From contig DATBGS010000114.1 of assembly GCA_036557885.1 (NCBI GenBank), positions 1 to 31,001 of the forward strand: DNA of 31,001 bases, read 5' to 3'. The DNA is from Ktedonobacterales bacterium (GTDB lineage Bacteria > Chloroflexota > Ktedonobacteria > Ktedonobacterales > DATBGS01). The notes under the pieces are model-generated. The model worked only from the letters and a program-made list of their open reading frames with translations, made no database searches and had not been told where the DNA came from. A program made the translations under genes and the position numbers. Below, piece after piece: positions 9,229 to 18,105 of the stretch; within the stretch, counting starts at the first letter, position 1, and each line of letters opens with the position of its first letter.

Positions 9229-10212
9229 ATGCACCTTCCTATGCGCATACTCCACGCACGTTCCTACAGCACGGCAATACACCCTCTGATAGCAGGACCG
9301 TTGCTCCAGGGAACTGTCCAGAGCATCTTCTCGCGTGCTGCCAACCTTCAGTTTGATCGTCGCCTGGTCACACTTCACGCTCACCTGACGCCTTGTGCCC
9401 CCAATGGCATCACCCTCTCTGTTGAGGCCACCAACTCTCTCCTTCTTGATCTTCAGGCTGGCATGTCCGTGACGATTGAACACGAAACCCTCTCTTTCCC
9501 TGCCATATCTGCCTGCCTGAGCCTTCAAGGAAGCCAACCCTGGAACCCTCGCCCAGTTATTTCTTACGCAGCAGATATGGCGGGCCTGCTAGAACGCAGC
9601 CTGGCGTTCCTTCTTCCCTTGCTGATGAACACAGGCCAATCAGATCCATCAGCAGGCCTGGCCCAACTCGCCCTACTCGCAGATTGCCCCGCTTCGAGCA
9701 TGCCCCCTCATGCCTCGCCGCTTCTGCAAAAAGCCTGGAGCAGCAGTCGCCAACTCATACAAGCCATCGGCCAGCAGCAAATCACAAGAGCAGCCCGCGC
9801 CGCTGAAACATTGATTGGCCTCGGTCCTGGGTTGACCCCTTCTGGAGATGACCTTCTGACTGGCTTAATTGCTACGACCATCCTGCTCAGCGAAGCGCTG
9901 GCCTTGCCCGGCGACTTCTACCGACAATTCGGCAGCGCCGTTCTGGCACTGGCTAAAGACAAAACAACGCACTTGAGCTTACATTGGATAGAATATGCCA
10001 CGCGCGGCGCGGTTTCTGAACCGCTGGGGCGGCTCCTGCAAGCCCTGGTAGTCTCTGATCAGCCACAACAACTGGAGGCAAGAGCCAATGAGGTGCTCTC
10101 TACTGGAGCTACCTCTGGCGGGGATTTGTTGGCAGGCGTCATGCTCGGCAGCCATTGCCTGCTCACACAGCACAAACGAGAGGGGTATACGCATGGCCTT
10201 CACAGTCAGTGA
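9229..10212 (+). CDS. DUF2877-family protein (YlbF/AllH-like subunit of FdrA-DUF1116-DUF2877 complexes)
   Basis: Track ORF 9166..10212 begins with TTG; ATG 9229 is preceded by RBS aagagggcag. It contains the DUF2877-like region GLGPGLTPSGDDLLTGLIAT and co-occurs with fdrA and a DUF1116 gene. Confidence 0.65.
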   Translation: MHLPMRILHARSYSTAIHPLIAGPLLQGTVQSIFSRAANLQFDRRLVTLHAHLTPCAPNGITLSVEATNSLLLDLQAGMSVTIEHETLSFPAISACLSLQGSQPWNPRPVISYAADMAGLLERSLAFLLPLLMNTGQSDPSAGLAQLALLADCPASSMPPHASPLLQKAWSSSRQLIQAIGQQQITRAARAAETLIGLGPGLTPSGDDLLTGLIATTILLSEALALPGDFYRQFGSAVLALAKDKTTHLSLHWIEYATRGAVSEPLGRLLQALVVSDQPQQLEARANEVLSTGATSGGDLLAGVMLGSHCLLTQHKREGYTHGLHSQ

Positions 10213-11887
10213 CGCCCTCAAAATTGGGCCACTCAGTCGTGCCCGTGTCCTGGCTGGCATGGAAGGACTCCAGCGCCCTTTGTCCTATGTCAATGTCATG
10301 GAGGTTCCCGACATCTTAAAATGGGTTCGGTCTGATGAATTACTGCTGACGACCTTGTATCCAATGCGCGACATGACCATCTCGCCACGCGAACTGGTCC
10401 GCGAACTCTCGCGCCGTAATCTGGCTGGTATCGCCGTCAAGATCGGGCGCTATGTTGATACCGTTCCCGACGAAATGATTGAAGCCGCCCAGAGCGAGCG
10501 GCTTCCCCTGCTGGAGCTTCAGCCCGACATCTCCTTTAACGATGTTATCAATTCCCTGCTTGGTGAAATCTTAAACGCGCAGGCGCGCACGCTTCAGCTT
10601 TCACAAGAGATTCACCAGCGTTTCACCGAAATTGTCCTGGCCGGGGGCGGCCTGAATGAGATAGCCGAAAACCTGGCGATCCTGGTCCACAGCCCCATCG
10701 TCATCATCGCCCCAGACCGCCGGGTGCTTGCATCTTCCGAGCCGAGTAATTCAGATGGTTTGCTATCGCGGCTCATCACCCAAAAAGGCGAGCGTCAGCA
10801 TTTGGAAAGCAGCGAACTGGCCGAGAACGGCAGAGTCACCAAAACGGCCACAACCACGCGGCGCATCTTGCGCGTGGGCGCAGAGAGTATAAACTGCGCA
10901 GTCCGACCTATTCGCGTTGGCGCAACCCTCTATGGCTCCATCATTGTCATTCTGCGCGAGCAGGAACCGGATGCCGGTATCAGCATGGCAATTGACCATG
11001 CCGCCACCGTTGCCGCGCTCGACATCATGAAGCAGCAGGCGGTCTTGAATGTCGAGCGGCGCTTCCAGGCCGATTTCCTGGATGATCTGCTCTCTGGGCG
11101 ACTCCACTCACGCGAAGCCATCTTTACCCGCGCCAGCGCGCTTGCCTGGAATCTCGATCAGCCCGCCCTGGTGCTGGTCATTGAGGTTCAACGGACAGGG
11201 AACGATTCACCCCAGCGCTGGCGCAATCATGCCTCCTACCGACGCGATGGAATGCGCCTGATAGATGTTGCTGGGGCCTCACTGCTCAAATATGATCGCA
11301 GCGCCATTCTCTGGGAACGCTCAGATAGCCTTGTCGCAGTGCTCACCGAGCCTTGTGCCCCGCATCAACCCCAATCTGCTCACCTAGCCAGCATGCAAAT
11401 CGCTCAACAGGTCGGCCAGGAGTTACGCGCGCTTGGTGGCGATGCCTGTGCCAGCATCGGCGTGGGGCGGCCCTGCAATGACCCGCTCAAGCTCTACATC
11501 AGCTACGAAGAGGCGCGGCAGGCGCTGATCATTGGCACAAAAGTCTGGGGCCAGGGAGCAATCACCCACTTTGAAGACCTGGGCGTCTATCGCATCTTGC
11601 ATCATCACCACGATAAAGCCGAACTGGATGCTTTTGCCGAGGAAATGCTCGGCAAGCTAATTGAATACGACAGAAAGCGCAATACCGACCTCGTGGAGAC
11701 GCTGGATGTCCTGATGGACTGCAACCTCAACATCTCTGTTGCTGCGCGGCGACTGTATCTTCATTACAACAGCCTGCGCTATCGCCTGCAAAAAATTGAG
11801 GAGTTGATCGGCCCATTTGTAGATGACGCGCAACAGCGCTTTAACCTCCAGTTCGCCCTGCGCATCCGCAAAGCACGCAAGCTCTAA
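10193..11887 (+). CDS. PucR-family transcriptional regulator (purine catabolism regulator-like)
   Basis: Start at ATG 10193 (MAFTVSDALKIGPL..., typical PucR N-terminal PurC-like domain) with RBS gagagggg. The C-terminal PucR HTH is NISVAARRLYLHYNSLRYRLQKIEELIG. It overlaps the upstream gene by 20 nt. Confidence 0.85.
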   Translation: MAFTVSDALKIGPLSRARVLAGMEGLQRPLSYVNVMEVPDILKWVRSDELLLTTLYPMRDMTISPRELVRELSRRNLAGIAVKIGRYVDTVPDEMIEAAQSERLPLLELQPDISFNDVINSLLGEILNAQARTLQLSQEIHQRFTEIVLAGGGLNEIAENLAILVHSPIVIIAPDRRVLASSEPSNSDGLLSRLITQKGERQHLESSELAENGRVTKTATTTRRILRVGAESINCAVRPIRVGATLYGSIIVILREQEPDAGISMAIDHAATVAALDIMKQQAVLNVERRFQADFLDDLLSGRLHSREAIFTRASALAWNLDQPALVLVIEVQRTGNDSPQRWRNHASYRRDGMRLIDVAGASLLKYDRSAILWERSDSLVAVLTEPCAPHQPQSAHLASMQIAQQVGQELRALGGDACASIGVGRPCNDPLKLYISYEEARQALIIGTKVWGQGAITHFEDLGVYRILHHHHDKAELDAFAEEMLGKLIEYDRKRNTDLVETLDVLMDCNLNISVAARRLYLHYNSLRYRLQKIEELIGPFVDDAQQRFNLQFALRIRKARKL

Positions 11888-11951
11888 CCTGGGCGCTCAA
11901 CTCAAACTTTGCAGATATGACCTGTGTAGAATTGTTTCATCACCAGGGGGT

Positions 11952-11976
11952 GCTGGCAAGCGAGGATGCTGGCAAG
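11952..11976. promoter_or_regulatory. tandem direct repeat GCTGGCAAG x2 (16-nt periodicity) in the pucR-fdrA intergenic region
   Basis: GCTGGCAAG at 11952-11960 and again at 11968-11976, ~150 nt upstream of fdrA. A candidate regulator-binding site. Confidence 0.3.
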
Positions 11977-12121
11977 AATCGCAAATCCTGGGGAGTCCTT
12001 TCGTGAGAATTCGCTGTAGACATCACTCCTCTTCTTTGGTAGAAAAGAGAAGGAGAAGAAGTAAAGAACAAAAGCCCTCTGACCAGCTCGCATACCCACA
12101 CAAGGCACGTAAAGGGCAGCC

Positions 12122-13702
12122 ATGATTACAAAAACGCTCGTTCGTCGCAACCTATATGCTGATTCAGTCGCCTTAATGCAGCTCTCTCGCGCGCTGACGG
12201 CGCTCCCAGAGGTGGAAGACGCCGCTGCCGTCATGTCCACCGCAGCCAACCGGGAACTACTCCAGCAGGCGGGGCTGTTGGGGGCAGATGCTGATCCTGG
12301 GGAATTTGGCGGGCCTAATGATCTACTCATCATTATCCGCGCCGCCACCGACGCAGCCATCGAAGCGGCACTGCTGGCGGCTGAACAAGGTCTAAGCCAT
12401 CGAGCAGGTGGAGAGACAGGAACAGTCGCGCAGCAACGCCCGCGCTCACTGGAGCAAGCAGCACGTCAGCAGCCCGCGCTCAATCTCGCGCTGATCTCGG
12501 TGCCAGGCGCGTATGCCGCCGTTGAGGCTCATCAGGCGCTGCTGGCTGGTCTACACGTCCTGCTCTTTAGCGATAATGTCTCGCTGGAGCAAGAAGTTGC
12601 CTTGAAAATGCTGGCCGCCGAACGCGGTTTGCTGCTCATGGGTCCAGATTGCGGTACCGCCATTATCAACGGCATTGGCCTGGGGTTCGCCAACGCCGTC
12701 CCGCGTGGCTCCATCGGGATTGCCAGCGCCTCTGGCACCGGATTACAGCAAGTTTCCTGTCTCATCGCCCATGCCGGACTGGGCATTTCCCAGGCCATCG
12801 GAACGGGTGGGCGCGACCTCTCTCAAGCCGTTGGAGGCCGCACGATGCTCGCTGGGCTGGACCTCCTCCAACAAGACCCGGAAACCAGCGTGATCATACT
12901 GCTTTCCAAGCCACCCGCGCCAGAGATCGCCCAGCGCGTCCTGGAACGGGCAGCGCAAGGCAGCAAACCAACGGTGGTCGCCTTTCTGGGGAGCCATCTG
13001 GACAGGAGCGTAGGGCCTTCCGCTGCCCATCTCCATCTCGCCAACACCCTCAGCAGCGCCGCTCGTCTTGCGGTGCAACTTGCAGGCGGGAGGGTGGTTT
13101 TGGAAAACGAATCGCTCACTGAGGAAATTCGCGCAGCAGCGCAAGCGGCCAAAGCAGCGCTCAGTCCAGAGCAACGCTACGTGCGCGGCCTCTTTTCGGG
13201 CGGCACCTTATGCGATGAAGCCATGCTGGTGCTGAGCCAGCGGCTTGGCCCAATTGCCTCCAACATCCCTCTGCGTCCCGAATGGGCGCTCACCAACCCC
13301 AACCAGAGCCAGGGCCACACCGCCATTGATCTTGGCAGCGATGAATTCACCGTAGGCCGCCCACACCCGATGATTGACGCCGGGCTACGCCTGCGCCGCC
13401 TGGCCCAGGAAGCACGCGACCCAACCACTGCCGTTCTTCTGCTGGACATCGTGCTTGGCTACGGCGCGCATCCCGACCCAGCCGCCGAGATTGCACCGGC
13501 CATACAAGAGGCCAGAAAAGAGGCCGCGCAAGCAGGCCGCAACCTGGCTTGCATCGTATCGCTGTGTGGCACTGAACAAGACCCACAGAGTTTAAGCAGG
13601 CAGCGCGAAGAGTTACAACGGGCTGGCGCGCTGGTCTTCACCGAAAACGCGCTGGCGGCCCAGGTCGCCGCAGAAAGTGCGCCAGCCAAGCGGAGCCAGT
13701 AA
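12122..13702 (+). CDS. fdrA: FdrA-family protein (acyl-CoA synthetase/succinyl-CoA synthetase-alpha-like; AllF-like)
   Basis: The N-terminus MITKTLVRRNLYADSVALMQLSRAL resembles the E. coli FdrA N-terminus. CoA-binding/ligase-like glycine-rich segments are present (GPDCGTAIINGIGLGFAN, GIASASGTGLQ). Confidence 0.8.
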   Translation: MITKTLVRRNLYADSVALMQLSRALTALPEVEDAAAVMSTAANRELLQQAGLLGADADPGEFGGPNDLLIIIRAATDAAIEAALLAAEQGLSHRAGGETGTVAQQRPRSLEQAARQQPALNLALISVPGAYAAVEAHQALLAGLHVLLFSDNVSLEQEVALKMLAAERGLLLMGPDCGTAIINGIGLGFANAVPRGSIGIASASGTGLQQVSCLIAHAGLGISQAIGTGGRDLSQAVGGRTMLAGLDLLQQDPETSVIILLSKPPAPEIAQRVLERAAQGSKPTVVAFLGSHLDRSVGPSAAHLHLANTLSSAARLAVQLAGGRVVLENESLTEEIRAAAQAAKAALSPEQRYVRGLFSGGTLCDEAMLVLSQRLGPIASNIPLRPEWALTNPNQSQGHTAIDLGSDEFTVGRPHPMIDAGLRLRRLAQEARDPTTAVLLLDIVLGYGAHPDPAAEIAPAIQEARKEAAQAGRNLACIVSLCGTEQDPQSLSRQREELQRAGALVFTENALAAQVAAESAPAKRSQ

Positions 13703-13747
13703 CAAGCAGGGCTGGTAAAAAGAGCAAAGCAGCAAGGAGAATATCTT

Positions 13748-15157
13748 ATGGCAGAAAGGGGCTTTCTTGGCAGCCGATTAGAGGTGGTCAACGTTGGGGT
13801 TGATCTGTTTGCCGACGCGCTGACCGCGCAGGGACTGGAGCCGGTTCGGGTCGAATGGCAACCGCCCGCCCAGGGCATGGGCACTGAACTCTGGGCCACG
13901 CTGAGCGACCCGCGCATAGATGCCGCCAATGAACGCGCCGTCCAGCGCATGTTGTCAGCACGGCCAAAGCTGGTGGATGTTTGCCCGGCCAGCGAGGTTG
14001 TCCCAGGCATGTCGCGCCAGACCATCTTGCATGCTGGCCCACCGATCACCTGGGAGCACATGTGCGGGCCGCTGCGTGGGGCGGTGATTGGCGCCCTGTT
14101 GTACGAAGGACTTGCTCAAAATGAAGTAGAGGCAGTTGCGCGTATTGAACGCGGCGAAATTGACTTCTCGTCCTGCCATCATCATCAGGCGGTTGGCCCA
14201 ATGGCTGGCGTAATGTCCTCCTCCATGCCTGTCTACATCCTTGAGGATGAGGTACATGGTCGTCAGTCCTTTTCCACCTTAAACGAAGGGCTGGGAAAAG
14301 TCCTGCGCTATGGTGCCAACAGCCCGGAAGTCTTGCAGCGCCTGCGCTGGATGCGCGATGTGCTCGGCCCGGCCCTGGGGCGGGCCATTCGCAAGGCCGG
14401 TGGCCTGGATGTCAAGCCCTTGACTGCCCAGGCGCTTCAGATGGGCGACGAATGCCATAACCGCAACCGCGCTGCCAGTGCCATTCTCATCCGCGCCCTC
14501 GCGCCATTCCTGGTAGAAACCAGCCAATCGCCCGAAGAGACGGCCAGTGTCCTCCGCTTCATGGCTGGCAATGAGCATTTTTACTTGAATATCTCGATGG
14601 CTTGCTGCAAAGCCTCAGCCGATGCTGCCGCCGGAGAACCATTCAGCAGCCTCGTTACCGCAATGGCCCGCAACGGCACCGAGTTTGGCGTGCGCGTCAG
14701 CGGACTGGGCGAGCGCTGGTACACCGGCCCGGCCCAAAACGTGCGCGGCCTCTATTTTAGCGGCTTCAGCGATGCCGATGCCAACCCCGATATTGGCGAT
14801 AGCACAATCTCTGAAACGGTGGGCATTGGGGGATTTTCAATGGCTGCCGCCCCAGCCATTGCGCAGTTTATTGGTGGTACTCCGGCTGATGCCTTGCGCG
14901 CCACCCTGGAGATGTACGACATCACCCTGGCCGAAGACAGCGCGATGGCCCTGCCGCCTCTTGATTTTCGTGGGGCACCCACCGGCATAGACCTGCGCAA
15001 AGTCGTGCACCTGAACCGCTTGCCTGTTATTAACACTGGCATTGCGCATCGCCTGCCAGGAGTGGGACAGGTTGGTGCCGGGCTGGTCGAACCCCCTCTG
15101 GCGTGCTTCACCCAGTCACTTGTAGACCTGGCAGCGCTGGTACAAAAAAATCCTTAG
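13748..15157 (+). CDS. DUF1116-family protein (YlbE/AllG-like)
   Basis: 469-aa ORF with RBS aaggagaatatctt before the ATG. Its size and position immediately after fdrA match ylbE. Family assignment rests on recall of DUF1116 features and gene context. Confidence 0.7.
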   Translation: MAERGFLGSRLEVVNVGVDLFADALTAQGLEPVRVEWQPPAQGMGTELWATLSDPRIDAANERAVQRMLSARPKLVDVCPASEVVPGMSRQTILHAGPPITWEHMCGPLRGAVIGALLYEGLAQNEVEAVARIERGEIDFSSCHHHQAVGPMAGVMSSSMPVYILEDEVHGRQSFSTLNEGLGKVLRYGANSPEVLQRLRWMRDVLGPALGRAIRKAGGLDVKPLTAQALQMGDECHNRNRAASAILIRALAPFLVETSQSPEETASVLRFMAGNEHFYLNISMACCKASADAAAGEPFSSLVTAMARNGTEFGVRVSGLGERWYTGPAQNVRGLYFSGFSDADANPDIGDSTISETVGIGGFSMAAAPAIAQFIGGTPADALRATLEMYDITLAEDSAMALPPLDFRGAPTGIDLRKVVHLNRLPVINTGIAHRLPGVGQVGAGLVEPPLACFTQSLVDLAALVQKNP

Positions 15158-15213
15158 CCAGCCTTAGCTAACCGGTTGTCTTGTACCAGTGGGGTAAAGG
15201 CTTGTTGACGCTT

Positions 15214-17076
15214 TTAACGCGCTTGCGGTGGAGGCGGTGAGGATGCATCAGATGAAAAAGTCTGGGGAGCAGACGCCTGCCGCTCCAGGCTAGTAAGATG
15301 CTTTCGCAAATTACGCGCAGCCGCAGTTGCATCAAATTCTGCCTGATCGCTCAGCACCTGATCAGCCGCTACCCCCTCAAACTGCGCAATAATACGCCTG
15401 ATCGTTGAGCTATCCGTAATTTGCTGCTGCACAATATCGTTATAAAACTGTTCAAGCTGGCGCAGGCTGAGCAGCGGAGGAGCCGGGTTCGCTCCTGAAA
15501 ACCTCACACCCATCCCGCTGGGAGGAACGAGCGACAAACTCTTTCCCGTCCCTTGCTCTGAAAAGAGCGAGGTCCGCTCTTCTGGCGCATTCGCCTGCCT
15601 GCCATCCGTATAGGAGGTCGCCATTCCAGCGACATGCGTAATCATGGGCGGGGGTGCGATGAGATGGGGAAGCGCCTGTCCGCTCCCTTCAACAACCCGA
15701 CCAACTCCTGTCTGGTCAGCAGGGAGCAGGAGCGTGGGGTGAGGCCCCTCTGCTGAAGAAACTATACGGGTGGTCAGCGAAGCCGGACGCCCTCCTGCCT
15801 GCGAGCGCGGGCCATCAACGAGATGCACCCTGACTGTCTGGATTTCAACTCCTCGCCCAGCTACCCGTGCATGCAACGCATTCCTCACCTGGTTATCCAG
15901 GTCCGAAAGCGACATATCCATTGCGCCCGTATCCAGGGTGTGGGAAAGCGATGGGCCAACCTGAACCCCCGCTGATGCAGCGATAAAATCATCAGCGGTC
16001 AGCCTGCTGATGACCTCTTCCACCGCTCTCGCCAGGCTCTGCTGAATCGGCGTATTCCAATTCTTTGTGTTGCGTATTGCCAGGTACTCCTGACCAGGAA
16101 TGACCTCATACAGCACCGACACGCGCAGCTTCACCTGCTCACCAGAGCGCAAACGAAGAAGCACCAGGGGGATTTCATACCGCTTTGGGCCGGTGTCAAC
16201 ATACCCCAGCACACGCTCACCTGGAGAGCGCAGATTAAAACCGGCATGCAGCGCCCGCGTGGGCTTTCCAAATCGTCCCATGACCGCAGCCGTTCCAGCC
16301 TTGACCACACAGGAGTATCTGCGCAGCAGCAGGCATCCCACGAGCAGCAGCAAAATGGTCAAAAAAAAGGCAAACGAAGTTGAGAAAAGGACAAAGCAGA
16401 TCGTTGCCAGAAATGCGATGATCCCCCCGGCAACTGCCAGAACCCACGCCGTATCATTGGCATTCGCATCAGCGTAATAAAGCGCGCCAGACTGGAGAAT
16501 CCCAATGGCGGTAAAGATAAGGAACATTGGACCAATGGCTTGTGGAGGGAGGCGCGTTCCCCCATCCAGGCTCGCAAAAGACACCCAGATAAACGAGAGC
16601 AGCACCAGCACCGTTGGGAGAAACCAGCGCGAATGGCGACGGATATTTGCCCAATTATTTAAGCGTTCTGCTGAGAAATTGCCGGATGGAGTGCTCTCCG
16701 GCAAAAAGTGTGTCTGCGCAGAAAGCGAGCGACGTTGAGAAAGATTTCTCCCTGTCCGAGACACCTCTGGAGCAGCGAATTGAGGGAAAGTATCCTCATC
16801 AGGAGGCAGCGAAGCCGAATAAGAGAGGGCATTCCGTCGCGCCCGGAGCGAGGAAGGGGTAGGAGGCGGTGAAGATACTGGTGGAAAGGCATCCGCTTCT
16901 TGAGCAGGCGAAGAACTTCGAGGCTCATCCATCGCTGAGGGCATCAGGGGCGTAGCTATTCCCTGCCCGCCACGAACGGAGCGCCACAAGTCGCGCAACT
17001 CCTCTGCCGTCACATGCAAATCTTCTTGCTCATACTCATCGTCAGAGTCTTTGTCAGCGTTGGAGTTATCTGGCAC
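15214..17076 (-). CDS. SPFH/Band-7 domain membrane protein with long disordered N- and C-terminal regions
   Basis: GTG start at 17076 with a strong RBS CCAGGAGGGAAGCC. The order is an acidic N-tail, four hydrophobic helices, an SPFH-like core (VVKAGTAAVMGRFGKPTRALHAGFNLRSPGERVLGYVDTGP...VKLRVSVLYEVI), and a long Pro/Ser/Ala-rich C-terminus. Confidence 0.65.
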   Translation of the reverse strand: MPDNSNADKDSDDEYEQEDLHVTAEELRDLWRSVRGGQGIATPLMPSAMDEPRSSSPAQEADAFPPVSSPPPTPSSLRARRNALSYSASLPPDEDTFPQFAAPEVSRTGRNLSQRRSLSAQTHFLPESTPSGNFSAERLNNWANIRRHSRWFLPTVLVLLSFIWVSFASLDGGTRLPPQAIGPMFLIFTAIGILQSGALYYADANANDTAWVLAVAGGIIAFLATICFVLFSTSFAFFLTILLLLVGCLLLRRYSCVVKAGTAAVMGRFGKPTRALHAGFNLRSPGERVLGYVDTGPKRYEIPLVLLRLRSGEQVKLRVSVLYEVIPGQEYLAIRNTKNWNTPIQQSLARAVEEVISRLTADDFIAASAGVQVGPSLSHTLDTGAMDMSLSDLDNQVRNALHARVAGRGVEIQTVRVHLVDGPRSQAGGRPASLTTRIVSSAEGPHPTLLLPADQTGVGRVVEGSGQALPHLIAPPPMITHVAGMATSYTDGRQANAPEERTSLFSEQGTGKSLSLVPPSGMGVRFSGANPAPPLLSLRQLEQFYNDIVQQQITDSSTIRRIIAQFEGVAADQVLSDQAEFDATAAARNLRKHLTSLERQASAPQTFSSDASSPPPPQAR

Positions 17077-17174
17077 GGCTTCCCTCCTGGAAGACGGCTT
17101 GAAGCGAAAGCTCCCGCTCCCGGTTTCCTACAACAATCCTCCGTCTACAAAAAATTTGTTTCGATGGGCTGATC

Positions 17175-18092
17175 TTAATTCAACACGTCATCCCCATTTG
17201 CAGGAACCAGACCACCTTTTCCCTCTTCATCCCCGCTTCGCTTTGTTTTGCAGCAGTTCCCACTCCCCACGCTGCATCCAACGCCACCAGAGCGCTTTGG
17301 CGCCTCCAGTTCATTCACCGGCACCTGAACTGTTGCCCCACTCTCCAGCATCACCTCAACCGTTCGTTTCAACACATTGACCCCAACCACTTTGCCCATG
17401 CCGCTCGCGCTGTTCACAAAAGCCCCGATCACTGGCATACCCTGCTTGGCCTCCAGGTACTGATCGTTCTCATAGGAGAGACAGCACATCAGCCGCCCAC
17501 AGACTCCTGAAATCTTGGCAGGGTTCAAGGGCAACCCTTGCTCCTTTGCCATCTTAATCGAAACCACTCCAAATTCGGTCAGCCAGGAACTACAACAGAG
17601 CGTCTTCCCACAGGGGCCAACGCCTCCCAGCATCTTTGCCTGGTCACGCGCGCCAATCTGACGCAGTTCGATGCGCGTGCGAAACTGCGCGGCCAGGTCA
17701 CGCACCAGCGCCCGGAAATCCACCCGTTCTTCTGACGTAAAATAGAACGTCAGGCGGCTGCCATCATAGGTATATTCAGCTTCCACTAGTTTCATCGGCA
17801 GCTTGTGGAACTCCACGCGCTGGGCGCAGCGCGTCAAGGCGTTTTTTTCTTTACTTTTAAAAGCCAGCAACTGGCGCAGGTCATCCTCAGTTGCCAGCCG
17901 CAAAATGGGCTTGAGCGTCTCCGCGATCTCTGACGCGGCGATCTGCTTGGGCGCGATCACCACCCGCCCGGCCTCAATACCACGCGCCGTCTCCACAATC
18001 ACAAAGTTCCCGGTGGAGAGGTCTTTTCCCGCCGGATCAAAGTGATAAATGCGGCCAGCCGGTCGGAAACGAATACCGACAACCATTGGCAT
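17175..18092 (-). CDS. ricT: PSP1-domain protein RicT/YaaT (regulatory iron-sulfur complex subunit)
   Basis: PSP1 C-terminal domain with conserved Cys cluster (GPCGKTLCCSSWLTEF, CGRLMCCLSYE). ATG at 18092 with RBS AGAGGAGCGGCACGT. Confidence 0.85.
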   Translation of the reverse strand: MPMVVGIRFRPAGRIYHFDPAGKDLSTGNFVIVETARGIEAGRVVIAPKQIAASEIAETLKPILRLATEDDLRQLLAFKSKEKNALTRCAQRVEFHKLPMKLVEAEYTYDGSRLTFYFTSEERVDFRALVRDLAAQFRTRIELRQIGARDQAKMLGGVGPCGKTLCCSSWLTEFGVVSIKMAKEQGLPLNPAKISGVCGRLMCCLSYENDQYLEAKQGMPVIGAFVNSASGMGKVVGVNVLKRTVEVMLESGATVQVPVNELEAPKRSGGVGCSVGSGNCCKTKRSGDEEGKGGLVPANGDDVLN

Positions 18093-18105
18093 ACGTGCCG
18101 CTCCT

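Noticed and set aside
11941-11990. Possible sigma-54 -24/-12 promoter (TGGCAAGCGAGGATGC) upstream of fdrA, and a TGGCAGACAGCAGCC upstream of the zinc-ribbon gene (21911-21925)
   Set aside because: The spacing between the GG and GC dinucleotides is off by one at the first site. The second lacks the TTGC -12 element. With no bEBP in the window, I do not call either.
12532-14578. Multiple 60-200-aa ORFs on both strands inside fdrA and the DUF1116 gene (e.g. 12743..13174, 13459..14061, 13955..14257)
   Set aside because: They overlap confidently assigned long genes and have Arg/Pro/Ala-rich, GC-frame-artefact compositions.
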